The notes under the pieces are model-generated. The model worked only from the letters and a program-made list of their open reading frames with translations. It ran no database searches and was not told the origin of the DNA. Source: an uncultured Bacilli bacterium (GTDB lineage Bacteria; Bacillota_I; Bacilli_A; RF39; UBA660). From it: 44,627 bases of DNA. Position 1 is the stretch's first letter. Each line of letters starts with the position of its first letter. The stretch is taken from NCBI GenBank assembly GCA_944359095.1, contig CALVSS010000002.1, positions 1-44,627 on the forward strand, given 5' to 3'. A program made the position numbers and the translations under genes. Of the stretch, positions 1-8,070 are shown in pieces.

Positions 1-931
1 CATCCTCTTGTACAACATAATCCACATCTTTTTTCATAGCATAGTTAGCACGCAATGCTTGATTAATATAATGTACTAAAGAGCCATTTTCAATATCATA
101 TAAATTTTTAATATGAAATGATTTTTCTGCTTTTTCTACACCTTTTTCGGTTAATGTAACTGCTTTTGTTTTTTCATCGTAAACATAATCATCTTCATTT
201 TTTAATCCTTTAGCAAAATGATCTGCATCTAAATATAGGTTAGCACTGTTCATTTGTCCACCAGATATAATCAATGGTGTTCTTGCTTCGTCAATTAAAA
301 CAGAGTCAACCTCATCGATAATTGCAAAATTTAATGGTCTTTGTACTCTATTTTCTTTTCTAATTACCATATTGTCTCTTAAATAGTCAAATCCGATTTC
401 ATTATTTGTAGAATATAAAATATCACAATTATATGCTTCTTGTTTTTCTTTGGGACTTAAATCTCTTGTATTAACTCCTACGGTCAAACCAAGAAAACGA
501 TAAATATCTCCCATCCACTGTGCATCACGTCCTGCTAAGTATTCGTTAACTGTGATAACATGTACTCCTTCTCCTGTTAATGCATTTAGATAACCAGGAA
601 GTACACAAGTTAAGGTTTTTCCTTCACCTGTTTTCATTTCAGCTATATTACCATAATGAATAGCAAGACCACCTAAAATTTGTACATAAAAATGTTTTTC
701 TCCTAATACACGGTAAGAGGCTTCTCTTGCAGTTGCAAAAGCTTCTACTAATATATCTTCTAAAGTTTCTCCATTTTGTAATCTTTCTTTAAATTCTTCC
801 GTTTTACCTTTTAATTCTGTATCTGTTAACTTAGAATATTCTTCATCTAAGTCCATGATTTTATCCGCTAGAACTGCAAATCTTTTTAGCTCTTTATATT
901 CGTGGTCAAACAATTTTCTTAATAATTTCAT
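1..931 (-). CDS. secA: Preprotein translocase ATPase SecA, N-terminal ~310 codons (3' part lies beyond the window edge)
   Basis: Not in the ORF track because it is open at the edge. My reverse-strand translation from ATG at 931-929 reads [18 protein letters not shown]...MKTGEGKTL (Walker A)...[19 protein letters not shown] (DEAD box) with no stops. AAGGAG RBS upstream. Confidence 0.9.
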   Translation of the reverse strand, partial: MKLLRKLFDHEYKELKRFAVLADKIMDLDEEYSKLTDTELKGKTEEFKERLQNGETLEDILVEAFATAREASYRVLGEKHFYVQILGGLAIHYGNIAEMKTGEGKTLTCVLPGYLNALTGEGVHVITVNEYLAGRDAQWMGDIYRFLGLTVGVNTRDLSPKEKQEAYNCDILYSTNNEIGFDYLRDNMVIRKENRVQRPLNFAIIDEVDSVLIDEARTPLIISGGQMNSANLYLDADHFAKGLKNEDDYVYDEKTKAVTLTEKGVEKAEKSFHIKNLYDIENGSLVHYINQALRANYAMKKDVDYVVQED

Positions 932-960
932 TCTAACATCTCCTTAACTAATTATTTTAC

Positions 961-994
961 CAAAAAAAGAGGAAGAATAAAAGGTTATTCTTCC
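961..994 (-). terminator. Rho-independent terminator after hpf
   Basis: GGAAGAATA (971-979) pairs with TATTCTTCC (986-994), 6-nt loop, followed on the minus strand by a 7-T run. Confidence 0.65.
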
Positions 995-1003
995 ATTTTC
1001 TTA

Positions 1004-1534
1004 CTATTCGGATTCGATTACACCATAGTTGCCATCTGTTCTTTTATAAACAACTGCAACTTGATTTGTCTCACTATCCTTATACATATAGAACTGGTGA
1101 CCTAAGAGCTCCATTTGAAGTATTGCCTCTTCTTCGTTCATCGGTTTTACTTCAACTTTCTTTCTCTTTAAGATTTTTTTATCATCAGATGAATCCTCAT
1201 CTGAGAAAGCAGATACTACAAAGTCACGATTTGTTTTCACTTGTTTTGACATAATACGTGTTTTGTTCTTTCTTATCTGTCTTTCTAGCTTATCGATGGT
1301 TTTATCGACAGCTGCATAGAAGTCATCTTTTGACTCTTCTGATCTTAAAATAAATGCTTTTAGTGGTATGGTAATTTCTACTCGTTGTTCATGATTTTTT
1401 ACTTTTACTATGACGGTTGCGCGAACATTTTCGCTATCTTCTAGGTACTTATTTAACTTATCTAGCTTCTCTTCAATATAGCCTTTCATAGAATCAGTAA
1501 TTTTAAGTTTATCTCCATGAATAATAATTTCCAT
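1004..1534 (-). CDS. hpf: Ribosome hibernation promoting factor, long form
   Basis: 176 aa. N-terminal S30AE/RaiA-type domain plus C-terminal dimerisation domain (PMNEEEAILQMELLGHQFYMY). Sits immediately upstream of secA, as in Bacillus. Confidence 0.9.
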   Translation of the reverse strand: MEIIIHGDKLKITDSMKGYIEEKLDKLNKYLEDSENVRATVIVKVKNHEQRVEITIPLKAFILRSEESKDDFYAAVDKTIDKLERQIRKNKTRIMSKQVKTNRDFVVSAFSDEDSSDDKKILKRKKVEVKPMNEEEAILQMELLGHQFYMYKDSETNQVAVVYKRTDGNYGVIESE

Positions 1535-1573
1535 ACTATCACCTCCTTATACTTAGAGTATAGCATAATTTGG

Positions 1574-1603
1574 GAAAAAAAACTACTATTTAGCATTAGC
1601 AGT
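1574..1603 (-). terminator. Probable terminator overlapping the csp 3' end
   Basis: On the minus strand, ACTGCTA and TAGTAGT form a 7-bp stem (one G-U pair) with an 8-nt loop, followed by 8 T. Confidence 0.45.
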
Positions 1604-1807
1604 TTCTTTAACTAATTTTACATTTAAAGCTTGGTATCCCTTGCTTGTTTCAACCAATTTAAATTCTACTAGTTGTCCTTCAGATAAAGTCTTATAACCT
1701 TCTAATTCTATTGCTGAATAGTGTACGAATACATCTTCATTTTCTTTGTATTCAATAAAGCCATAGCCTTTATCATTGTTGAACCATTTTACGCGTCCAA
1801 CCATCAT
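1586..1807 (-). CDS. Cold-shock domain protein (CspA family)
   Basis: [19 protein letters not shown]...VFVHYSAI contains the RNP1/RNP2 motifs. Start set at ATG 1807, which has a GAGGTG RBS. The ORF-track start at 1837 adds 10 unlikely residues. Confidence 0.9.
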   Translation of the reverse strand: MMVGRVKWFNNDKGYGFIEYKENEDVFVHYSAIELEGYKTLSEGQLVEFKLVETSKGYQALNVKLVKETANAK

Positions 1808-1943
1808 GTTCTTGCACCTCATTTCTACCAACAGCATCGTTTATCTCCTTGGTGATTACATCATACCAATTTTTGCCAACCCAACGACAAAAATTCCGTT
1901 AATTGCTATTGGTAGTTACTTTGATGGTTTGTATTCTTCTTTT

Positions 1944-1960
1944 TTCGACAAAATTCGACA
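1944..1960 (-). promoter_or_regulatory. Tandem pair of perfect Spo0A-box heptamers (TGTCGAA-TTT-TGTCGAA on the minus strand)
   Basis: Plus strand reads TTCGACAAAATTCGACA. The reverse complement holds two exact 0A-box heptamers spaced 10 bp start to start, in the csp/agrB divergent intergenic region. Confidence 0.5.
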
Positions 1961-2053
1961 AAATTTATTTTTAATTAATTATTTGATTGATTTTTTTGTT
2001 TTTAATCTTATTATAGTTATATAATAAGATTGATTGAGGTTTGGTGGTTGTAT

Positions 2054-2662
2054 ATGAAACAATTATTTTTGAATAAAAGCATGAATTTTATCTGCAAATA
2101 CCAATTCTTTTCTGACTACGATAAGAAAAAATTACGATATGGATTAGAAGGAATTTATCTTACTATTACCAAATTGGTTATATTACTCATTCTAGCTGTC
2201 ATATTAAATATGTTAAAAGAGTTTATTTTAGTAACTATTTTATTTAACATTATTCGATATACAGGTTTTGGATTTCATGCTGAAAAAAGTTATCAATGCT
2301 TATGCTTTTCAACTTTTAATTTTGTTGCAATACCATATTTTTTGTTACATGTACATTTACCTAACTCTGTAGTTTATATTATTTGTGCGATATGTATTTT
2401 TCACTATTTACTATTTGCACCTGCAGATACAAAAAAAAGACCTCTTTCAAATAAGAGAAAAAGGATCATTCGTAAAATTGTTACTGTTACGATTGGACTT
2501 ATTTATACATTTGCAATTATTTTATTGCAAAACGAATATTGGACTGCAATTATATTATCTGCGTTAGTTATTCAGTGCATTGTTGTTAGCCCAATTACAT
2601 ACTGGTTATTTAAACAACCTTATAATAATTACAAAGGATTAAATACTAGCAATAGTATTTAA
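2054..2662 (+). CDS. agrB: AgrB-family membrane peptidase (processes the autoinducing-peptide precursor)
   Basis: Polytopic membrane protein. IRYTGFGFHAEKSYQC has His and Cys 7 residues apart, as in S. aureus AgrB H77/C84. APADTKKRPL matches the conserved AgrB loop. ATG 2054 preferred over TTG 2030. Confidence 0.85.
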   Translation: MKQLFLNKSMNFICKYQFFSDYDKKKLRYGLEGIYLTITKLVILLILAVILNMLKEFILVTILFNIIRYTGFGFHAEKSYQCLCFSTFNFVAIPYFLLHVHLPNSVVYIICAICIFHYLLFAPADTKKRPLSNKRKRIIRKIVTVTIGLIYTFAIILLQNEYWTAIILSALVIQCIVVSPITYWLFKQPYNNYKGLNTSNSI

Positions 2663-2690
2663 TATAAATTATTAGAAAAGGAGATGTAGT

Positions 2691-2813
2691 ATGAAAAAAA
2701 GATTATCAATGTTACTTGCAGCAGTAGCTATGTTAGCAACAGGAGCAGCTAGTTTAGGATGTTGGTGGTGGACTGTTGATGAACCAGATTCATTTGGAAT
2801 ATTAAAGGACTAA
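2691..2813 (+). CDS. agrD: AgrD-like autoinducing-peptide precursor, 40 aa (MKKRLSMLLAAVAMLATGAASLGCWWWTVDEPDSFGILKD)
   Basis: Absent from the ORF track (too short). AAAGGAG RBS 7 nt upstream of the ATG, 28 nt after the agrB stop. Hydrophobic leader, single Cys, acidic Pro-containing tail. Confidence 0.7.
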   Translation: MKKRLSMLLAAVAMLATGAASLGCWWWTVDEPDSFGILKD

Positions 2814-2835
2814 GTTCCTTTTTTATTATGCCATT

Positions 2836-4128
2836 TTAATTTTTTGACACAAAAACTTGTTGAATATAGTAATTATCAATGATTTCTTGTTTTTGTTCTA
2901 GCCACTTATTTTCTTTGATTAATTTTGAGGCAAAATATAGACCGTTTCCTCTTCCCTCGCCTTTAGATGATACTCCTTTTTTATTTCTATCCTTCATATT
3001 TTTGTGCCTTTTAAATGTATTTGAAAAAACTATACTCACTCTATCTTTTAATTCATAAATTTCAATCATTAAATTTTTCTTTCTACTTTCAGCTGCAGCC
3101 TCGATTGCATTATCAAAATATATACCAATCAATTTACATAATATTCTAACTTGCTTCTCAGATAATTTTGTTAATAATCCTTTTGATTCAATACTTACAT
3201 CTGTTGTTAAATTTATTTTTTGTTTTTGTGCGATTGCCGCTTTATAATACATCAATCCCTTTATTCCTCCTTTTGGGAGGTTTTTTAGATTTGTTACTGC
3301 TTGTCCTTCAATATTAATATTATCTTCTAATATTTCATCGATTTTTTCTTTTACTTTCTTTTCTTTCGTTAAGCATCTTAACACAGCTAACTGATTTTTA
3401 TATTCATGGCGATTTAACTGCTCTTTTTCTATCCAATCTTCAAAATTTTGCACATATATAAACATATTATCATATTCATCAGATAATTTTTTATAATCAT
3501 TTTTTCCTTGGATATAAATAAACATAATTACAATAAATACAATTATAACAATTAAGTTTATAAAATATCCTTTTACATAAGTTTCTGTTATGGTAATATT
3601 ATATGCTAAACAGCTAAAATCAACGATTAATAATACAAAAAATATCCAATTTCCAACTACAATCTTTTCAGTTAGAGAAGATAAAAATTGTTTTATGGGA
3701 TTAACATTTTTATTAATATTGATAAATATAATACTTAAAGTTCCAACAGCGACATTTGCTGTAATATTTAATATTTCTGAATTTCGTATTTCATTGATAT
3801 CAAAGAATCCTCTCATGACAAAAGATACTAGCATATCTGAAATTAGCATTATTGTCATAGCAATTGTTGTACAAATGCTACTTTTTTCTAAAGATATATT
3901 AAATATTTCTTTAAAAAAAATTATATTTATAAGATACATTGTTAATGAAAATATCATTGTATATTGAATACGATGTAACATTACTGAAATTATTATTGAA
4001 ATTAATAAACAACCAATAATTTTAACATTTATATGTATATGTGGTTCATCTAAGATTTTTTTTATGATATAAAAGATTGTAAAAATCATTATAAGTGAAC
4101 ATATAATTTTATATAACTCCTCTAACAC
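2836..4128 (-). CDS. AgrC-like (HPK10 family) membrane sensor histidine kinase
   Basis: About 6 N-terminal TM helices, H-box RHEYKNQLAVL, N-box FDNAIEAA, G-box GRGNGLY. Start uncertain: GTG 4128 has an AAGGAGA RBS 9 nt upstream; the longest ORF starts at GTG 4179. Confidence 0.85.
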   Translation of the reverse strand: MLEELYKIICSLIMIFTIFYIIKKILDEPHIHINVKIIGCLLISIIISVMLHRIQYTMIFSLTMYLINIIFFKEIFNISLEKSSICTTIAMTIMLISDMLVSFVMRGFFDINEIRNSEILNITANVAVGTLSIIFININKNVNPIKQFLSSLTEKIVVGNWIFFVLLIVDFSCLAYNITITETYVKGYFINLIVIIVFIVIMFIYIQGKNDYKKLSDEYDNMFIYVQNFEDWIEKEQLNRHEYKNQLAVLRCLTKEKKVKEKIDEILEDNINIEGQAVTNLKNLPKGGIKGLMYYKAAIAQKQKINLTTDVSIESKGLLTKLSEKQVRILCKLIGIYFDNAIEAAAESRKKNLMIEIYELKDRVSIVFSNTFKRHKNMKDRNKKGVSSKGEGRGNGLYFASKLIKENKWLEQKQEIIDNYYIQQVFVSKN

Positions 4129-4840
4129 GATTATACATCTCCTTCTTTTTACTTCTTGAAGTTTCTTTGAATTCTTCACCGTTTTTTAATAGGACTAAGT
4201 TTTTAGTAAAATTATAACTACGAACTTGTTCTACGTTAATAGCAACGGCCCTATTACATTTTACAAATCTTTTATCTAATTTGGCTAGTACTTCATTTAA
4301 AGAACCTTGAATTAAATAAGTTCCATCTTCTGCTTCTATAATACATCTTTTGCTGTCCATTTCTTTTTCAATTTTTATAATATTTTTAAATTCTATATTA
4401 TAAGCTACATTTTTATAATTATATCTTAGGCATTTATATTTATTATCATAGTGTTTCATACATATTAGTAGGGCATCTTGTAGTTTTTTCTCTGAATGAT
4501 CTAGTTTATTTATAAAATCTACTAGCATTAATCTTTTACCTAGAGCCTCATATTTATATTCTGCATAACCTGATATCATAATTATCATTGATACCCAATC
4601 GTCTAATTCTTCTCTAATCATTCTAGCGGCATCTATTCCAGAACCTTCATCTGTTCTAATATCAAGTAAATAAATTTTAAATCCTTTTATTTGTTTTACT
4701 GCTTTCTTCCATAATGAATTATAATTTTTAAATGTATAACATTTATATTCAATATCATATTTCATCATAAACTTATCAATTTGCTCTTTATATCTTTTTA
4801 ATAAATTAGATTCATCCTCACAAATTATAAAATTTATCAT
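4109..4840 (-). CDS. LytTR-family response regulator (AgrA-like)
   Basis: Receiver domain (ICEDE acidic pocket, YLLDIRT phospho-acceptor Asp) plus a C-terminal LytTR DNA-binding domain. AAGGAGG RBS. Overlaps the kinase gene start. Confidence 0.9.
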   Translation of the reverse strand: MINFIICEDESNLLKRYKEQIDKFMMKYDIEYKCYTFKNYNSLWKKAVKQIKGFKIYLLDIRTDEGSGIDAARMIREELDDWVSMIIMISGYAEYKYEALGKRLMLVDFINKLDHSEKKLQDALLICMKHYDNKYKCLRYNYKNVAYNIEFKNIIKIEKEMDSKRCIIEAEDGTYLIQGSLNEVLAKLDKRFVKCNRAVAINVEQVRSYNFTKNLVLLKNGEEFKETSRSKKKEMYNRVRGVI

Positions 4841-4875
4841 TGGTTTTCCTCCTTTATTTTTACCAAAATTTTCCA

Positions 4876-4902
4876 GTTATATAATAAAGAAAAACTGCTA
4901 GT
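4876..4902 (-). terminator. Rho-independent terminator after the tagO-like gene
   Basis: ACTGCTA (4884-4890) pairs with TAGCAGT (4896-4902), 5-nt loop, then a T-rich run (TTTTTCTT) on the minus strand. Confidence 0.6.
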
Positions 4903-4920
4903 CGTTAGCAGTCCTTGGTT

Positions 4921-6024
4921 TTAGGATTTTTTTCTTCTGAAGAATGATATCTTTTGTTCTATTTCTTTTGTTCTTGTTGGTGTTTTATCAGAAATTATTG
5001 TAGTATGTAATACAAACCATAATACAATTATAAATATAATAATATATACTATTTTTCCTAAAACTGGATCTTTAATCGTATAAAGAATGGATGCTGATGC
5101 AAATAGTAGGTTTATACCATAAATAATTAATACTGTTGTTCTTTGAGAAAAGTTCATACCTAATAGTTGGTGATGTAAGTGTTGCTTGTCTGCTTGAAAT
5201 GGAGGTTGTCCTTTTAATAGTCTTCTTATAATAGCAAACAAGGTATCTAATATAGGAATTCCTAAAATCATAAGTGGTACAAAGAAAGATGTTAGGGCTG
5301 GTCCTTTAAATTCTAATAAAGTAATAATTGATATTATAAAGCCCATAAATGTTGCACAATCTCCGGCAAATATCTTTGCTGGATAAAAATTATGTAGTAA
5401 GAATCCTAAAGTAGATCCTAACATAATAAAGGTTAAAATCATTACTAAACTTCCACCACGGCCTTGATAAAATCCAATAATTCCAATTGTCAAATAGAAT
5501 ATTGAACATACTCCTCCGCTTAATCCATCTGCTCCATCTATTAAATTTATAATGTTCGTACAAGCAACGATAAATAATATAGTTATCCAAGGAGCAAATA
5601 TTCCAAAGTCAAATGAAAATCCAAACGCTGTTATATTATCTAATGTAATTTGGCCATAAAAGACTATAATACAAGCGGCTATTAAATGACCAATTAGTTT
5701 TTGATAGGCTCTTATTGGCTTAATGTCATCTGTGATTCCTGTTAAGACAACAATAAAACTTCCTATTAGTACAGAATTCATTCTAATACTTTGTTCTCCA
5801 AATAACATATATCCAAATAAAAATCCTAAAAAGATTCCAACTCCACCTAATTTAGGAGTTGCTTTTTTATGAATATGTCTATGTCCTTCATCTGCTCTTG
5901 GTACATCAATTGCTCCAACGTGTATTGCAATTTTTTTCATGAAAGGCATTATAATTGCAGTAAATATAAAAGTTACTAATACTATTTTACTAGCATCTAA
6001 AATTTGTTCTTTCATTATCGTCAC
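4921..6024 (-). CDS. Glycosyltransferase family 4, polyprenyl-phosphate sugar-1-phosphate transferase (TagO/WecA/MraY-like)
   Basis: 367 aa with about 10-11 TM helices and the NLIDGADGL motif typical of the MraY/WecA superfamily. Confidence 0.85.
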   Translation of the reverse strand: MTIMKEQILDASKIVLVTFIFTAIIMPFMKKIAIHVGAIDVPRADEGHRHIHKKATPKLGGVGIFLGFLFGYMLFGEQSIRMNSVLIGSFIVVLTGITDDIKPIRAYQKLIGHLIAACIIVFYGQITLDNITAFGFSFDFGIFAPWITILFIVACTNIINLIDGADGLSGGVCSIFYLTIGIIGFYQGRGGSLVMILTFIMLGSTLGFLLHNFYPAKIFAGDCATFMGFIISIITLLEFKGPALTSFFVPLMILGIPILDTLFAIIRRLLKGQPPFQADKQHLHHQLLGMNFSQRTTVLIIYGINLLFASASILYTIKDPVLGKIVYIIIFIIVLWFVLHTTIISDKTPTRTKEIEQKISFFRRKKS

Positions 6025-6078
6025 TTCCTATTAAAATTATATCATTTTTACTTTTAATAGAAAAGAAAAAAACCAATT

Positions 6079-7083
6079 TTATTGGTCTTCTTCTAGTAAA
6101 GCTATATTATTTAATAATGTTCCTGTTCCTTCAGCTACACAAGTAAGTGGAGATTCTGCAATTAAAATAGGGACTTGTAGTTCTTTTTCTAATACTTCTG
6201 GTAGTCCTGTAAGCATTGCTCCTCCACCAGTTAAAATAATACCTTTTTCAACAATATCTCCTGATAATTCTGGAGGTGTTTGCTCTAAAACATTGGTTGT
6301 CGCTTTAATTATTTTTTGAATACTTTCTTCTAAAGCTTTCTTTGTTTCATCTTGAGTTATTTCAATGGTATCTGGTAGGCCAGTAATTAAATTTCTTCCT
6401 CGTACTTCTAGTTTTTCTTTCTTATTCGGATCATAAATATTAGAGAATTTTATTTTTATGTCTTCGGCGGTTCTTTCTCCAATTAATAATTTATAATTAT
6501 CTTTTATATATTTTATGATATCTTGGTCGAAAACATTTCCAGCAATACGTACAGAAGCTGATGATACAATATCATTTAATGATAAAATAGCAATATCTGT
6601 TGTTCCTCCACCAATATCTATAACCATGTTGGCCGTTGGTTTTGAAATATCCATTCCTGCTCCAATAGCTGCAACTTTTGGTTCTTCTTCTATGTATACT
6701 TTTCTAGCTCCTGTTCTTTCAGCTGCTTCTTTAATAGCATTTTTTTCTACTTGTGTAATATTTGTTGGACAGCATATTAATATTCTTGGCCTTGAAAATA
6801 ATTTTTTTGCTTTTATTTTTTTGATAAATGTATTTAACATTATTTCTGTTATTTCAAAGTCAGCAATTACTCCATCTTTCATTGGCTTTATAGCCTTTAC
6901 TTTTCCTGGAGTTCTACCTAACATTTCATTTGCTTCTGTTCCAACAGCAATGACACTTTTAGAATCTGTATCAATTGCTACAATACTTGGTTCATTTAAT
7001 ACTATTCCTTGGCCTTTAACATATATTAAAACGTTTGCTGTTCCTAAATCTATTCCTATATCTTTTGCCCACATATATGTCAC
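6079..7083 (-). CDS. mreB: Rod-shape-determining actin homologue, MreB/Mbl family
   Basis: DIGIDLGTANVLIY, DIGGGTTD and LTGGGA actin-fold motifs. The start may be ATG 7074 rather than GTG 7083. Confidence 0.9.
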   Translation of the reverse strand: MTYMWAKDIGIDLGTANVLIYVKGQGIVLNEPSIVAIDTDSKSVIAVGTEANEMLGRTPGKVKAIKPMKDGVIADFEITEIMLNTFIKKIKAKKLFSRPRILICCPTNITQVEKNAIKEAAERTGARKVYIEEEPKVAAIGAGMDISKPTANMVIDIGGGTTDIAILSLNDIVSSASVRIAGNVFDQDIIKYIKDNYKLLIGERTAEDIKIKFSNIYDPNKKEKLEVRGRNLITGLPDTIEITQDETKKALEESIQKIIKATTNVLEQTPPELSGDIVEKGIILTGGGAMLTGLPEVLEKELQVPILIAESPLTCVAEGTGTLLNNIALLEEDQ

Positions 7084-7173
7084 ATCCTTTTCATCATTAA
7101 TATTTTATCATAAAATCGCCATTTTATAATAAAATATATTCATCTTTTTTTCTTTTATGAAAAAAAGAGTATA

Positions 7174-7821
7174 TTACTCTTTCTCTTCTGTTGTTTGTAA
7201 CTCTTTATTTAGATATAAAGTTGGATTTACAACTTGACCATTTACATATAATTCAAAGTGTAAATGATTACCCATATCTTTATCTAATTCATTTGTTCCA
7301 CTTTTACCAAGTACCTGTCCCTGAGTTACTACATCACCTTTTTTTACAGATGTTTCTGATAGACTTTGATATAAACTAACATATCCATTATCATGTTTAA
7401 TTTCTATTACTTTTCCTAAAGTTTCATCATCTTTTACATCTGTAACACTACCATCTAATATAGCTACAACATCAAATGTTTTTTCAGAAACAAAATCAAC
7501 TCCTGAATTTTGCATATATGTATTATCATGATAAATAATAGATTTTGTTTGGGTATCAGCATCTGCCTTATAATCATAATAGTTTTTACCTATTGTTACA
7601 GTTTGATCTGTATAAGGATTAATGATTGTTTTTGTTTCGTTGATTACTGGCTCTTCTTCTTCTTCAAGAATCGTATTTGTTACATAGCTAGTTGGATAAT
7701 CTTCTGTATTATCTTCTTTTTGTAAATTCTTGCTTAGCAATGCTGTTCCAAAAATTACACTTGTAATTGCTATAATCAATAGTGTTGGTAATACATATGG
7801 TCTTAGTTTTCTTCTTTTCAT
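7174..7821 (-). CDS. Membrane-anchored LytM (M23) domain protein with a degenerate metal site, SpoIIQ-like architecture
   Basis: N-terminal TM helix (LRPYVLPTLLIIAITSVIFGTALL) and a C-terminal LytM domain. HLHFE is retained, but the HxxxD motif reads NSGVD. Start at ATG 7821 with a GAGGTGA RBS. Confidence 0.7.
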   Translation of the reverse strand: MKRRKLRPYVLPTLLIIAITSVIFGTALLSKNLQKEDNTEDYPTSYVTNTILEEEEEPVINETKTIINPYTDQTVTIGKNYYDYKADADTQTKSIIYHDNTYMQNSGVDFVSEKTFDVVAILDGSVTDVKDDETLGKVIEIKHDNGYVSLYQSLSETSVKKGDVVTQGQVLGKSGTNELDKDMGNHLHFELYVNGQVVNPTLYLNKELQTTEEKE

Positions 7822-7872
7822 TTTTTTCACCTCATTATAAGTTTTGACCAAAAAAAAAGATTTATACTTCTT

Positions 7873-8070
7873 TTAAAAAAATTTTGAAGAAATAAATAAA
7901 TCCATTAAAAAGTTTGTTACTAAATAAATTAGTGATAGCCCTAATAGAAAATAAAATACTCTTGCTTGTACAATATGATTTTTTTTAAATATTTGATTTA
8001 TGTTGACTGAATCCATGGCCCAAATTACTACTATTGTTACAAATACATATAATAATAGTTTGCCTAACAT
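7873..8070 (-). CDS. Small integral membrane protein, DUF1146/YwzB-like
   Basis: 65 aa with two TM helices. Family assigned from recalled similarity and from the B. subtilis neighbourhood (ywzB near murAA and mbl). Confidence 0.55.
   Translation of the reverse strand: MLGKLLLYVFVTIVVIWAMDSVNINQIFKKNHIVQARVFYFLLGLSLIYLVTNFLMDLFISSKFF

Noticed and set aside
1895-1903. TCCGTTAAT, a match to the degenerate AgrA/LytTR 9-mer consensus, upstream of agrB. A CCAGTTATA-like element also lies at 4863-4871, upstream of the regulator gene.
   Set aside because: No second repeat lies at the roughly 21-bp spacing expected for LytTR dimers. The consensus is so degenerate and AT-rich that single hits are uninformative.
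6515-7129. 204-aa plus-strand ORF, plus similar ORF-track entries such as 1066-1254, 1776-2024, 3590-3967, 8134-8379, 10701-10898, 13010-13240, 33988-34263, 34858-35139, 38094-38354, 39151-39399, 41130-41414, 42285-42560 and 42786-43103
   Set aside because: All are antisense to, or frame-shifted within, well-supported conserved genes (mreB, csp leader, kinase, rpiB, murA, mntP, abgT, soj, noc, mnmG, mnmE). Their low-complexity Phe/Leu/Ile-rich translations are typical of the reverse strand of AT-rich coding sequence. They have no RBS and no recognisable motifs.
7144-7167. CTTTTTTTC-N6-GAAAAAAAG inverted repeat after the LytM gene, and a TGGTAA-N5-TTACCA hairpin near 16520-16536 after argS
   Set aside because: The first stem is almost entirely A-T pairs. 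The second lacks a downstream U-run. I could not support either as a terminator or regulatory element with any confidence.
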